Below are positions 46,268-59,984 of a stretch of 64,000 bases of DNA, one piece after another. The position numbers and the translations under genes were made by a program. Position 1 is the first letter of the stretch; each line of letters opens with the position of its first letter. Under the pieces are notes generated by a model. The model was not told the origin of the DNA. It saw only the letters and a program-made list of their open reading frames with translations, and made no database searches. This DNA is from Lama glama (Eukaryota): NCBI GenBank assembly GCA_028534125.1, contig CM052817.1:40674001-40738000 (forward strand). The letters run 5' to 3'.

Positions 46268-47819
46268 GAAAGGAGGTCCACTTCAAACCAGAAGAGTCCC
46301 TAATCCAGAGGACCACCCTCAGGATCTATTTCAGGGATCCCTTGGCCAATCTGGTCTAATGGGAGGGTTACAGAGATGCTCTCCTCTGGTCTGTACCTAC
46401 TTTTAACTTTCAGGACCTTTTGTGGTCATGCTCTGGTTTGTAAGCCTAGAGCACTCCTTCAAAGGCTGTCCCTGCCTGAATGGATCCTCTGGCTGTAATC
46501 TGATCCAGATCCCACCCTTGAGTCCAGAAGTGCCTGCCACAGTCACCTCTAGCTTGTGGAAAACAGGTCTTCTCTCTGGTAGTGCATCATCTCCAACACG
46601 ATGTCTAATGAGAAGACATTTCTTTGGGAGATGTATTCACATTTACAGACTCACTCCTGCATTCTCTAGTTTCCCATACAACTTTTGTTTTTACAGTGAT
46701 TTTGGTCTAGGCACATAGTCAGTTTTGGGAAAGCCTTGTGAGTCCTTATTAGCTAAAAGTGGAAGTTATTGTGATAGAGGTAATTTGACAATGGAAGGGC
46801 TTGGTCTGGTGTGGTAATAAAGCTGGCATCCTAAATGATCTCTAACTAAGCCCACCAAGAAGAGATGGATTGCCTTCCAAGGGTAAGATACCTATTGTGG
46901 AGCTATTATGTAATACAGAGAAGCGTTTACAGTGAGGGATCTGTGTGCACGTGGTGTATAATACTGTGAGCCTGCAATCATGGGTAAGTTTTCAACTTTT
47001 GTTTCAATAGAACTGAATCAAGAGCAGTGGTTTTCACATTTGGTTGGGAGTTGGGGTGGGGAGTTGGGACTGGGATTGGGAGTTGGGGTGGGGTAAGGGG
47101 TAGAGCATTTGGCAGTCATGGTACTTTAGATACAACACTTTAAAGCAATGCTATACTTAATACCATTCTAAGCACTAGGCAGATCTTGGAGGCAGAAAAT
47201 CTGACTTTTAACTTAAATCTATAACCCCAGTGATGCTGGACCTTTTTGTTCTTACCTCAAAGCCTGTCTCTGTTCATTATTCTAGTCAGAGAATAATGTC
47301 TAGGCTAACAGGTTAAAAATAATTGCAAAGCAATAAAAAAAGTTAATCTCTTGGACAATGTGAAGTGGAGATGGCATTCATAAAACACTGCAAAACTTTA
47401 AAAATGTCTTTTACCCACTTATTTTTTCAAAGTCTCAGTTCATGGTATGGTAGGTGTCTCTAAGCTCTCTTGTTTTCTCCAAAATTTTCAGAACTTCAAA
47501 AATAGCCCTTGTTGGCCTTTTCCTTTTGTTCCTACTCTCTTATCTTCTGGTATATTTTCTTTCATTCTAGAGTAAATTTTGCCGTTTCCTATAAAAATCA
47601 ATAAGGTGCTCTTATAGCTTCCTGTCACCCATTCCTTAGATCTGCACAGAGAGGCCCAGGAATTGTGTATGTGAGGAAAGAATTCTCCTTAACATCACTT
47701 TTAAACTTTATTTATTTGTTATTTTTATTTTTTAATATCAGCATTGATATGACCAACATCCTACCTGTTCAACATCATTTCCCACCACAGCCCCACAGAC
47801 ACGGCACACTTCTGCCACA

Positions 47820-48950
47820 CAAAGATTTTAAGCAGCGAAGTGGCGTGATCATACTTGCAGTTTAGAAGGATCATTGTGAGTACTGTTTGGAGAATGGATT
47901 GGGGTTTTGTTGGGCTGCGGAGGAGGAGGGGTAGTTGGGAAAAAATTTTGCAGATAGGATTGTCTAGGAAGGAGATGTTGGTAGTTGGGACTAGGGTGGT
48001 GGCAAAAGGAGACAGAAATAAGTTGAAAGGTTTGAGATTTATTTTGCTAACTTCTGGCTGGAGAAGAAATGAGGTTGTTATCCAGAGAAGGAAATATGAA
48101 CAGATCTAGTTTTTTTTTTCTTTTTTAAAATTTTCTTTTATTGAGGTATAGTCAGTTTACAATGTTGCATCAATTTCTGGTGTAGAGCACAGTTTTTCAG
48201 TCATACGTGAGTATACATATATTCATTTTCACATTCTTTTTCACCGTGAGCTACCACAAGATCTTGTATATATTTCCCTGTGCTATACAGTATAATCTTG
48301 TTTATCTATTCTATATATGCCTGTCAGTATCTACCAATTTCGAACTCCTAGTCTGTCCCTTCCCACCTCCCCACCACTGGCAACCACAAGTTTGTATTCT
48401 ATGTCTACATGTCTGTTATGTTCTTTTTTTTTTTTTTTTGATTCCACACATGAGCGATCTCATATGGTATTTTTCTTTCTCTTTCTGGCTTACTTCACTT
48501 AGAATAATGATCTCCAGGTCCATCCATGTTGCTGCAAATGGCATTATGTTGTTTTTTTTTTATGGCTGAATAGTATTTTATTGTATAAATTTACCACAAC
48601 TTCTTTATCCAGTCAAGCAGATCTAGTTTAGAAGGTAAAGGATTGAGACTGGTTTTGGATATGTTGAGTTTGAGGACCTTTGGGGTATCTACTTGAAATA
48701 CTAATTTGGCATTTGATTTAGATGAATCTGGAGGTCAGAACTAGAGATAAGGATTTGGGAGTTGTCAGCTTATAGATGGCTGCTGGAGTCCATGGGTTTT
48801 GGTGAGCATATCCCAGGAAAGCTCACACACTGGGGCATTAGAGGGCTAACAGCAGAACCCTGGTAGTGGGGGTACTTTCATCTTAGAGGTGAACAAAGGA
48901 GACTGGAAGAAAACCAGGAAAAACTGGGACAGAATCTGAGAACTATTGTT
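47820..48950 (-). mobile_element. L2 fragment interrupted by a young L1
   Basis: tttaagcagcgaagtggcgtgatc...tttagaaggatcattgtg...ttttggatatgttgagtttgagg. Confidence 0.7.
48113..48617 (-). mobile_element. Young 5'-truncated L1 3' end
   Basis: L1 3' UTR and ORF2 end; TSD cagatctagttt 48101-48112 / 48618-48629. Confidence 0.9.
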
Positions 48951-49039
48951 GTAGACCAAGGAAAGTGGAGTCCTGATGATTGATTTATTGATCAACCCAC
49001 TATAACCAACAGAATACAGGGCTCAATTCCTGAGCCTCG

Positions 49040-49240
49040 GCCTTTTACAAGGACATTGAGAAACACAGTATGTCAGGAGTAGGGCCATCAGGATGGTGAG
49101 AAAACCCTGAAATCACATCAAAGCAGAGCAGCAAGCGCTTTCATATAGAGAAGATATTGTGGGGAACTTATTTGCCAAGTGGAAGAAGAATTTAGTTTTG
49201 TGTTTATGTTTTCAGAAAGAGTAATGAGGAAGTAATGATG
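49040..49240 (+). mobile_element. L3/CR1 LINE fragment
   Basis: aaggacattgagaaac...gtcaggagtagggccatcaggatggtgag resembles the CR1 RT C-terminal region. Confidence 0.55.
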
Positions 49241-52136
49241 CAGGGATTCCTCTCTTGAGTAAGAGGTTTACCTATTGAGATAGCTTCTAATTTCAGAAGC
49301 CAGTGATTCTGTGAAATTGTCTTTCTCTCTCTGTCCATATTCAGCGCATGTATTGCAGGTCACTACACACATAGGGTCAGTGTGTCATGCAGTAAGCTTC
49401 GGATGACTGTAAGGAATGACATTTTATTCTTTGGAGGCTGTAAGTAAAAGTGACATGAATCTCCACCACGTTCATATCAGTACTCAGGAAATTTTGTTGG
49501 GAATTCCTGTGAGAGAGAATGTCTCAGTATTAAGTCAGTTTTGTGGCCTTGAGCTGAGACAGTTGACAAGACATTTTGTAATAAGAATAAGAGGGCAAGA
49601 TGCCCTAAGGGTTTCATATACATTTATATCAAAATACTGTGAGGGAAAATCAATATTTTGCTTCTGGCAGTGAAAATTCAAACCTCACCAAGTTACTAGG
49701 GATGAACACTTTATTTTCAAACACCAAGAAGGGGAAAACCCCAAGGTGAACAAATGCTTCACTGTGACTCTGGTTGTAACATAGTGTGATAGGCTTAGCA
49801 ATGACCCTGTTTTGGAACTACAGTGACCTCATACCTCCTTCCAGTCTAGTCTTTTTTCAAAATCACCTGGGTGAAGGCTTTCCTGATCACACAATCTGAA
49901 ATTTCACCCTACCTGACACTTCATTTCCTCTATCTCTGTGTTGTGTTTTCCTTAACACTTGTCTCATCCAGAAGCAAGATCTTACACTTTTAATCTCACT
50001 CAAAAATGCAAGTGATTTATATGGGAGGTGACCTCAGGAAGGCAAGTCGGGTGTGGGAGAGTGAGACAGGGAGGGGAAGGAAGCCAGTTCAGGGTGTGGC
50101 CATCAGCAGGTTACTTTTGTGGGCAAGTGGGACTCAGTCCTGCTGGGGAATCCTGGGAGACTGCATGGACATACCTTGAAGTAAATGTGAGCCATAAGGA
50201 AGTTGGAATGTTCTCATCAGTCTGTGGTTGAGAGCTGCCAGCGGGTTGTGGGGGTAGAATTGGGACTTTTAACTCCCTAGAATTTCCTGTTGCTGAGTTT
50301 GGGCAAGTGTCCTTCCACTGGAAGAGAAAGCCTTCTGCAGCTCACAATTGGAGTCCTGGGGTCAGGTCAAGTGGGAACGGATTTCAGGGAATCTGATAAC
50401 ATCTGCTAGGGAACTTGTTCCTTTCTGCTGGACTGTATAATTTCCTCGTTTATCTTTATTGTCTGTCTCCCACTGTGACGTAAGCTTCATGATAAGAGGG
50501 ACTTTTCTCTGTTTTGTTCACTGAGTGGTATTGGAAACACGGTCTCTGTGTTATTCATTCAATTTTTAACAGCACTAATTAGTGCCTACTTGAACTGGGC
50601 ACTGCCCTCACATTCTCTGACACTGTTCTCCAAGGAGCTGGGTAGATTGCTACCATCTTTATAGCTAATCCTTAGCCTATACTGAGTCAAGATTAAGAAT
50701 TACAAAGGAAAGATGATAATTAGACACAGGCTTTTGTTGTAATGCGAGCTTGAACTGCTAGATGAGAGAAAGATCAGTAAGAAGGTGGAAGAGAAAATGC
50801 AAACAAGAGATTAGAGTGCTTATTCTAATCCCAGCTTCCACACAGAGCCTCCTGGCTAACTTGGTCTGCACATGTGGAACCCTAATGCAGAGCCTACCTC
50901 TGGCTGGCAATTAGGGTCAGGTCACAGGAAGAAGTTGCAGTTTTAGGACTGTAATCAGAAGATGTTTTTGCTTTGGACTCCATGCTTCAGTTAACGCAGA
51001 TTTAGATCTGCCAAATGGCATGGATGATTCATTGAGTAATCAGCAACCATTCCGGAGTGTTTTAAAAGCCTGTATGGCTGTTGAATTACATTCCACCTGC
51101 CCTGAAATTTTTTTCCTGCAACTCTAAACCCAAGTTTAGCATATTTTTATCATATACAAGCCAATGTTTAGCTTTCACTCATCTGCTCTGTCTTTTGATT
51201 CTCCTCCAATACTCACTCCTATCCCACCTCCTGTCCTTTCCAACACACAACAGATATGATTTTTATTCTTAAAAATGCTGAGTCATAGTGTATTTTAAAA
51301 TTTTGATCAATGAGAAAATATAAGTGAGTTTTGATTATACATTATTTGTATGTAGCCACATCTCTTTCCCTTATATTAGTGGTGTTTATCAAGGCTTGAC
51401 CAGACTGAAAATCCATTCAAGTTACATTTCCACAATTTCTAATTTTGAATTTTTCCTCTGGGGTCAGATCTGCAAGCAGCCAAAGGTACAGAGACACAGC
51501 CCATAGCTCCAATTATTCTTGTTAAAATTTTTTAGAGTGGTTTCTAATTGGAGACTTTTCTGTACTCAACATGGGACTATGTACTCTTTTAAAATCATTC
51601 ATGGGAACCTCCAGAGTATATCTCCAAAGTTGGGGAGGAAAGTTATTTCTAAATGCAAATCCAATTTTTTTAAAGTATAATTGCAAGGAGGAAAATTGAG
51701 ACATTTGTTTTATGCAGGCACATCTGGCTTGGAAGTAAAAACTCAGAAAGAGGTAACTTAGGGACTTTAGGTAATTAGGTCATAATCATCAAAATAACAT
51801 TTATGAATATTATTTATCATGTGTTATTAAGCTGTTGTTACACAAAGTAAAGTGGTCATATTGAAATGCCTGTAGGAGAATTAAACATGGCTGGGAGGTT
51901 GAGTACATCAGCACATCAAGGTTTACTAAGAATGCCTGTGAGTAGAGGAATTAATATTTCTGGGGTCCTTCTGTCCCAAAGATGGTATTTAGACCACAGC
52001 AAATCAGCCAAATCATTAGGCTACGTGTGGATCCACCAAAGCCGCATAAGTCTTGTCTGAGACTTTGGTCTTTCCACCCCTAGTGGTACCAAAAACAGTG
52101 GCACAGACAAGTGCATGGACAAGCCATGGTTGTGCA

Positions 52137-52218
52137 GACAAATAAAGAAGAAGGCTTTACATTATGTTAAAAAATTGACAAATAAAGAAGAAGGCTTTAC
52201 ATTATGTTAAAAAATTGA
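52137..52218 (+). repeat. Perfect 40-bp tandem duplication
   Basis: gacaaataaagaagaaggctttacattatgttaaaaaatt at 52137 and 52177, plus ga. Confidence 0.97.
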
Positions 52219-54929
52219 GGACAAGAAAATGTACATTTTAATCTGCAAGCTCCCTTGGTATTCCATAAAGGCTTTCTCTCAAGTAAGACAATGAGCTTGC
52301 TGGTGTGATAAATTAGCAGACATCTCCTTTGGCGTGAAGTATTCCTGTGTTGCAAATCACTGATTTTATTAGATGGCAGCTCTAGCAGCCCTCTGATGCT
52401 GCCTCATGAAAAATCCATAACAATTCAATCCAATTTTAATGGTTCTGGAAAATAATACTATGTATTTGAGAACAGCCCTATTCCCACTTTCTTGTCGTGT
52501 CTGTTAAAGTGAATGTGATTCATGGACTTTTGTGACTATTTTTTTTTTTAACAATGTACGAACTTCACTCAGTTTATCTTTACCTGAGCTATTCACACAT
52601 CATCTCTCCCCTTCGCATATTTCTTGCATATGTTTCCAGCTTGTTTACTTATTCATTTGGTTTCTAAGCTCATTGGAGGAGGATCAAAACTAATTCAGTT
52701 GAACGTTTGAACCCATTATGACCCTTATTCATGGGAAAGATGCACATAATGGCTTGCATTTTCATTTTAGAAAATAACTGAAAATAACTGCACCTTCAAT
52801 TCTCTTCAGACATATAATAAGAGAACAGGAGGAGTTACTAAGATAAGCAAAAAACTGATGAAAGCCAATTTAGGAGTAGACTGTGACTCTGTCCTATATG
52901 CCTTCTAATTTCATTTGTTTACTTATGTGTAAGTCTATTCATCTGACACCTTCATTGTGCGAAAGTCACGCTGTTTTCCTGTCGATGAAAACCCTCTGGG
53001 AATACACAAGGGCTTGGTGTGTACTTCCAGCTAGATTACTATCTTTTTTCTTTGACCAAAGTTAGATTAATTTATCTTCCACAGGCCCAATATTGGAAAA
53101 GAACAGGACATTACTGTATTTTTGTATGTTCTGATTCTTGTGTGTTAGCGGTACTGTCTATCCATTGATTAGAGCATGAACATCCTTCAGATGTCTCAAG
53201 GTAAAAGAGCATGTTACTTCTTGAGTTTCATAGTTGTTTAAATTCCTTTTCTAGGCATAATAGTTATCAGAATATGTTCTTTGCATGATTTTTCCTGTTA
53301 TCAGTATCATTTACCGACAGCAAAGATTTCGTCTGCTAATAAAATATTAGTTGGTCTGTACCTCTGTTTCTATTACTTTTTCTGGTACATACGTTTTTCA
53401 TGTGATGTATTTTTATTGGCGTACAATTTCAGTGATATGAAGACTGTGGATATTATTTGTTTTATTACATCTTAATGGTTTTACCGTCATTTGTTGTCTG
53501 TTGCTATTAAGAAATATATTCTTTAATAGATATACAATACTTTGAGAATAAGTGGTGACAAGAGTTTCCTAAGGGAAAATCAGAATACTGAAATAGTGAT
53601 AGAAGTCTGTTCAGTTGCCTCAGTTTCCCAAGTAAGACTTAGAATAGATTATTCTGGAGGGATACAGATTGAAACAAATGCAAAGTTACTTTGTCGGCTT
53701 TGCTCTGTGAGTGTGCATGCCTATAAGGAGATCATTTGCCCTACTCACCACTCCTGGAGGTTAGGGAGGTCGTGTTTTGTTATCTCACTTAATACATAGG
53801 ACTTTTGAAAACATTGGTGACCATCCCTAGAGGTGCTTGCCCTTTCCTGGGTCAGATTCCGTCTATTTTTCTAGTCCTGTATACTTGCCCCATCTTATTG
53901 TCCCTCAGGTGAGTAAAAAATTTATCAACATACAAAAAGATAGAGAGCATACTCTACATAACCTGTTTATCTGGAAAACTACTGATTTGGACCACACCAT
54001 AAAAAAATCTACTTTCAAAAACATATAGGAGGAATAAGTAACTTAACATAAAATTTGGCTGATATTTCTTGTGACAGATGAAAATGTCAATGAACTGTTC
54101 ATGAATTTTCCAACAGAATTACAGAGTATTTTGCTTTTAAATAGATTTTATTTTTTAAGTATGAAAATACCTTACTGCAACAATTTTTCCCCCCAGAAAT
54201 ACCTGCTAGGGAGAACACTGGGGGGTAGCTGAAGCTTTATCTTCTCCAGCCCATCTCAGTATTGGTACTGATATCTTCAACTTACAGATTGTCTCTTCAA
54301 TCCCTAAGTCACTCCTTGATCAATCCTGAACAAGGCTTTATAAAAATATAATGGCAGGGAGGGGGGCTTTATAATGGTAGACTTAGGTAGGTTGTTATGG
54401 TACAGTGGTAGGTTCTGTATCCAGGGTGCTTGGAGTAATGCTTCAGTTGTCAGGCAGAGCTGTGATTTGGGGGAATGCAAACTTTAATGCAGATACAGTA
54501 TTTACCAAGATGATCATTTCTTTTATATGATGATTCATCCTAATACTAGCATATTGACCTCTTCTTGACCACTTTTCCACATATTCTTACTTGGCCTCCA
54601 GCCTCACTTTCAAGAGACCCAAGTTGCCTGATGTTAAAATACGACAGGAGAAATGTAGTTGTCCAGGAAGTAGTAAAGAATATCTCTAGAGCATGTGGCA
54701 AACTTTTCCTGGTGTGGCCCAACTCATACCCACTCTCTCTGAATTCTTATAGTCTTCCTTATACCTAGGGAGACAATTTGCACCCTATACTCAACATTTC
54801 CTCTTAACTTTTCTTCAGCTTCGTAAGTTCTCCACAGTATCAGGATATGGATCTATGATGCTGTTGTTGGTTGGTGCTGGAGTATGGGGAAGACATTTAA
54901 TGTTGTTCCAAGAAATAAATAAAACCACA

Positions 54930-55385
54930 AGACACTTTTGGCGCAGGTCCCCGGAAGTCAAGCTATTATTTCTTAAAGTTCTGCAATTTAAGTTGGTCTC
55001 AGTGGGGTGGTTCTTCTGCTCCACATGGTGACTGCTGAGCTGGAGTATTTAAGATGGCTTCTTTACACACATGTTTGGTGACTGAGCTGGAAAGGCTGCA
55101 AGAGTTGACTGCTAGCTAGGCATTTCTCTCTCTCTCTCCACAAGGTCTCTCAACTAGGGTAGCTGGATTTTTTTTTACATGGTGGATCAGGGCATCAAGA
55201 GAGACCATTTCAAGAGGGCAAACCCTATTGTGAAATCACTTATTGAGCTTCTTCTGCTTGCATCATACTTGCTAATGTTCCATTGACCAAATTAAGCCAC
55301 ACGGCCCAGCCTAGACTCAATGTGAAAAGGCTTGAATACTGAAGGTATGATTCACTGGGGGTTGCCAATCCAACAGTCTATCATA
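54930..55385 (-). mobile_element. MLT1H/J-like LTR
   Basis: ggtggttcttctgctccacatgg...aagatggcttc...ttgctaatgttccattgaccaa. Confidence 0.65.
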
Positions 55386-56748
55386 TGGGGGTAATATGCT
55401 AAATTTACATGAAGTTTATAGATGAAACAAATGATTTCAAGATAAGTTTGTTTTTATGGTGGGCCAGGATTCATCTACTGCAGATGATACTTTTACTTTT
55501 TTTTCTGCTACTGAGGACTGACCAAGCCAGTTTGGTGTGCACAGCTATTAGGTTCTTGTTGGTACATCTTGGGAGTTTTAATGGTTGACAGTAATGAGGG
55601 TTAATTACTCTCTCATAACCTTGTATCAGGTTATTAGGAAAGCAAGTCTCAGACCAAATTCTGCTACTCATATAGACATTTCTGCAAGCAGGCACAAAAC
55701 AATCATAAACCACTTCTGCAAGCATCATTTAGGGATATCACCTAGGGCTCCATTCCTAAGGATAAAGAGTCCAGGGCTCACTAGAGTTTTACCTCATGTT
55801 TTTGAAAGTATGGGGAGTGTCTATAAAATATTATAGTCAGTTCACATTTCCCTACTGCCACCAATTTCCCAAATGAAAGCCTCATTTTTATCAATTAACA
55901 AGCCACTAATTCCACCAATGAAAACCCCAGTTCTAACATTGTGCTGATTAGGAATGCTCTTGCATTGAAGGGAGAAAATAATGACTGAAGACCTTTTAGT
56001 CATTGCCTCTAGTGTATGACTTTTCTAATAACGCTTAGCTAATCATCCCGAGAATGTAGATTTCTGATTAGGGCAACATCCTGCCCCAAGAGTGTAATTG
56101 CATCTGACATACACTGTCTATACTAAAGAATATTAAAATAAAGCATAGATACCATAACATGTGCTTTAAAGAGTGCTTTGGTAGAAAAGTTTGAGACAGT
56201 TTCACCAGAGTACAAGAAATTAGGACCTTGGGATTAAGATTTGTGGAATCATTGCTTTTGGAGACAACAATATCTCAGTTCTCAGGTAACTGTTTCCAAA
56301 ACTAAGTCTCAGGTACATATGAGAAGCCCATAATTTAAAGATGTATTAAAATATTTAATCTATTTATTTAATTGTATTTTTATTATCTATTTTCAATCAT
56401 GCACAAAAGAAAAAGCTGTACCTATCACCCAGCTTCAGTGATTATGAATGATGACCAACTATCTCTACCCCTCTCCTCCACTTCCATCCCAGTGCATTGA
56501 AGTAAACCCCAGATATGTCATTTCATCTGTAAATACTTCAGTGTATATTTCTAACAACAGGTAAGGATTCTTCTATTAGCATAATGTGATTAATACACCT
56601 AAAAATAAATAGTTCCACAATATGAAGTCAGTGTTCACATTTCTTTGAATCATAAATATCTATTTATAGTTGTTTTGTTTGATATTGAATTCAAACAAGG
56701 TTCATAGATTACATTTGGTTGATATGCACCTTGGGTCCTGTATTTCTT

Positions 56749-58100
56749 TCTTTTTTGTTGTATATATATATTTTTATTAAAGTATAGTCAGTTTACAATG
56801 TTGTGTCAATTTCTGGTGTACAGCGTAATGCTTCAGTCATACGTGAACATACATATATTCGTCCTCATATTCTTTTTCACCGCAAGTTACTACAAAATAT
56901 TGAATATAGTTCTCTGTGCTATACAGTATAAACTTGTTGCTTGTCTATTTTATATATAGTAGTTAGTATCTGCAAATCTTGAACTCCCAATTTATCCCTT
57001 CCTACCCACCTCCCCCTTGTAACCATAAGTTTGTTTTCTATGTTTGTGAGTCTGTTTCTGGTTTGTAAATAAATTTGCTTGTCTTTTTTTTTTTAGATTT
57101 CACATATAAGTGATATCATATGGTATTTTTCTTTCTCTTTCTGGCTTATTTCACTTAGAATGACAGTCTCCAGGTCCATCCATGTTGCTGCAAATGGTAT
57201 CATTTTATTATTTTTTGTGGCTGAATAGTATTCCATTGTATAAATATGCCACAGCTTCTTTACCCAGTCATCTGTGGATGGACATTTAGGTTCTTTCAAT
57301 GTCTTGGCTATTTTAAATAGTGCTGCTATGAACATTGGGGTGCATGTATCTTCTCGAATTATGGTTCCCTCTGAATATATGCCTGGGAGTGGGATTGCTG
57401 GATCATATGGTAAGTCTATTTTCAGTTTTTTGAGGACTCTTCATACTGTTTTCCATAATGGCTGTACCAAAATACATTCCCATCAACAGTGTAGGAGGGT
57501 TCCTTTTTCTTCACAGCCTCTCCAGCACTTATCATTTGTGGACTTTTGAATGATGACCATTCTGACTGGTGTGAGGTGACACCTCTTTGTAGTTTTGATT
57601 TGCATTTCTCTGATAATTAGCAATTTGAGCATTTTTTCATGTGCCTATTGGCCATTTGTATGTCTTCATTGGAAAATTGTTTGTTTAGTTCTTCTGCCCA
57701 TTTTTGGATTGGGTTGTTTGGTTTTTTTTATTATTAAGTTGTGTGAGCTGTTTATATATTCTGGAAATTAAGCCCTTGTCAGTCTCATCTTTTGCAAACT
57801 TTTTCTCCCATTCTGTAGGTTTGTTTTGCTTACAGTTTTAATTTAATTCTGTCCCATTTGTTTATTTTTGCTTTTATTTCTATTGCCTGGGTAGACTGCC
57901 GTAGAACATTGCTGAGATTTATGTCAGATAATATGTTGCCTATGTTTTCTTCTAGGAGGTTTATAGTGTCTCATCTTATGTTTAAGTCTTTAAGCCATTT
58001 TGAGTTTATTTTTGTGTATGGTGTGAGGGAGTGTTCTAACTTCATTGATTTATATGCAGCTGTCCAGTTCTCCCAACACCATCTGCTGAAGAGACTGTCT
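56749..58100 (-). mobile_element. L1 3' portion (about 1.35 kb) of a U6-L1 chimera
   Basis: ORF 57093-57335(-) [39 protein letters not shown] is the L1 ORF2p C-terminus; 3' UTR and A-rich tail follow. Confidence 0.95.
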
Positions 58101-58211
58101 AAAAATATGGAAGGAACACTTCATAAATTTGCATATCATCCTTGTGCAGGGACCATGCTAATCTTTTCTGTATCATTCCAATTTTAATATATATGCTGCT
58201 GGAGCAAGCAC
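58101..58211 (-). pseudogene. RNU6: Full-length U6 snRNA retropseudogene fused 5' of L1
   Basis: Minus strand GTGCTTGCTCCAGCAGCATATATATTAAAATTGGAATGATACAGAAAAGATTAGCATGGTCCCTGCACAAGGATGATATGCAAATTTATGAAGTGTTCCTTCCATATTTTT is U6 with mostly transition changes; the ACAGAGA box is mutated. Confidence 0.96.
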
Positions 58212-58242
58212 AGGTCCTGTATTTCTTGACATAGACCTAGAA

Positions 58243-58472
58243 CTGAGCTTCCTAATCCCAGCACTATTAACAATTTGGACTGGATAATTATTTGACTTGG
58301 AGAACTGTCCTGTGTATTGCAGGATATTTAGCAGCATCCCTGGTCTCTACCTACTATATGCCAATAGCACCAGACCCCACCCTCCCTTTCCCCACCATGT
58401 GAAAGCCAAATATGTCTCCAACCATTGGCTAATGTCTCCTAGGGGCAGAATTTCCGTAGTTGGGAATAATTG
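58243..58472 (+). mobile_element. MER20 hAT-Charlie MITE
   Basis: gcactattaacaatttggactggataatt...ctgtcctgtgtattgcaggatatttagcagcatccctgg...aatgtctcctaggggcagaa. Confidence 0.85.
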
Positions 58473-58794
58473 ATCTAGCATTCATGTTTAATATTTAAAA
58501 TATTTCACAGTTGATATTGTATATTTTTTACTGGGTCACCTTAAAAAGAACAAAACAATTGTTTTTAATTAGTGGGTCCAAGTATTGTCTACCTGAATCA
58601 TCCACGCTATAGTTTCTCATTTATCTTTCACCCAAGGATTTTAATAGTCATTGATAATCATCACCTATTTCCATTGTTTTGTTAGGGATTACAGAATGGG
58701 GATTTTGTAATTTTATCATTATTTCTACATTTCCTAGCTGGGACTCTTCCATAAAGGAGAATGTTTCTTCATCAATGATTTGATTACACTGTAA

Positions 58795-59510
58795 ATGAAG
58801 AAACACTGGTTCCTATACTCATAACACTCCAAGGTTCAGTCTTACAAGACTGCTCCCATTTCACATGGCAGTTGTAAGTCCCAGGTTGTCACTTGTACTT
58901 CTGGCCAACTGGCTTTAAATTGGGGGTCCCATGATCCTCTACCTGGGTTCATTCTTGAACCTAGAATGGCTCACAGAGTTCAGGGAAACACTACTTTCTA
59001 GATCACCAGTTTATTATAAAGGTACAACCCAGGAACAGCCAAGTGGAAGAGACGCATAGGGCAAGGTTTGGGGAAGGGCCCAGAGTTCCCATACACTCCT
59101 TGGGCATGCTACCTTCCTGGCATGTCTATGTGCTCACCTACCTGGAAGCTTTCCAATCGCATTATTCAGGGTTTTTATTGAGGTACTGTCACATAGGCAT
59201 GATTGATTAAATCCTTGACCATTCATGATTGAACTCAATCCCCTGACCCTCTCCCCTTGGAGTTTTGGGGTTGGAGCTGAAAGTTTCAACCCTCCAATCA
59301 GGTGGTTGGTTCCTACCAGCTCCTACTCTCCAAGTTACATCATTAGTTACCTCATTACTGCAGGTGTGGTTGAAAGGGGTTTATTATGAATAACAAAATA
59401 CACTCTTTTCACTCTATCATTCAGGAAGTTACAAGGGTTTCAGGAGCTCTGTGCCAGGAACTGGTGATGAAGGCCAAATGTGTATTTCTCATTATATCAC
59501 AATATTGCAG
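58795..59510 (-). mobile_element. Second MER21-type LTR
   Basis: ttcagtcttacaagactgc...caggaacagccaagtggaagag...gaaggccaaatgtgtatttctcattatatcacaatattgca; similar to 41601-42416. Confidence 0.75.
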
Positions 59511-59789
59511 TGTACTCCCTAGTCTTTGAGCACAGATCCCTCACAGTAAAATGATCATGAAAGTCAAAAGATCCTGGCACATTACTAGAATCCATTCAGT
59601 TATTAATAATTATCCAGTCTATCAACATATTGTATGGAAATGTCTCCAAGGGAGAGCCCACTCAGGTTTACAGGCTTTTATTCAATCTTGTCAGGTTCTA
59701 ATACAGGAGTGGTCTCAGCAATATATGTTCTTCATCGTTTTTTTTCACTTAAGAATGTATCTAAGAGAATATAACAGGGATTACCCACA

Positions 59790-59973
59790 GCAGCCCTATG
59801 GACCAGACAGTTTTTGTTTTGGGAGACTGTCCTGTAGGATGTTTAGTAGCATCCCTTGCCTCTACTCGTTAGATGCCAGTAGCACTTCTGTCTGCCATTA
59901 GACAGTCAAAAATGTCTCCAGACGTTGCCAGATATCCTTTGGGAGGCAAAATCATCCCTAGCTGAGAACCAGT
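59790..59973 (+). mobile_element. MER20
   Basis: taggatgtttagtagcatccc...aaaaatgtctccagacgttgccagat...gctgagaacca. Confidence 0.8.
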
Positions 59974-59984
59974 GCTTTATAACA

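Noticed and set aside
52137..52218. Direct repeats considered as a CRISPR-like array (also 38626-38673)
   Set aside because: Head-to-tail repeats without spacers in mammalian DNA, with no cas genes; simple tandem duplications
53862..53914. Consensus donor CAG/GTGAGT at 53909 with a possible acceptor about 35 nt upstream
   Set aside because: The candidate micro-exon is pyrimidine-rich and intron-like; it cannot be supported without transcript data
58101..58211. Functional U6 snRNA gene
   Set aside because: Mutated ACAGAGA box, CpG decay, fusion to L1 within a TSD, and upstream sequence that is TSD/MER20 rather than a U6 promoter
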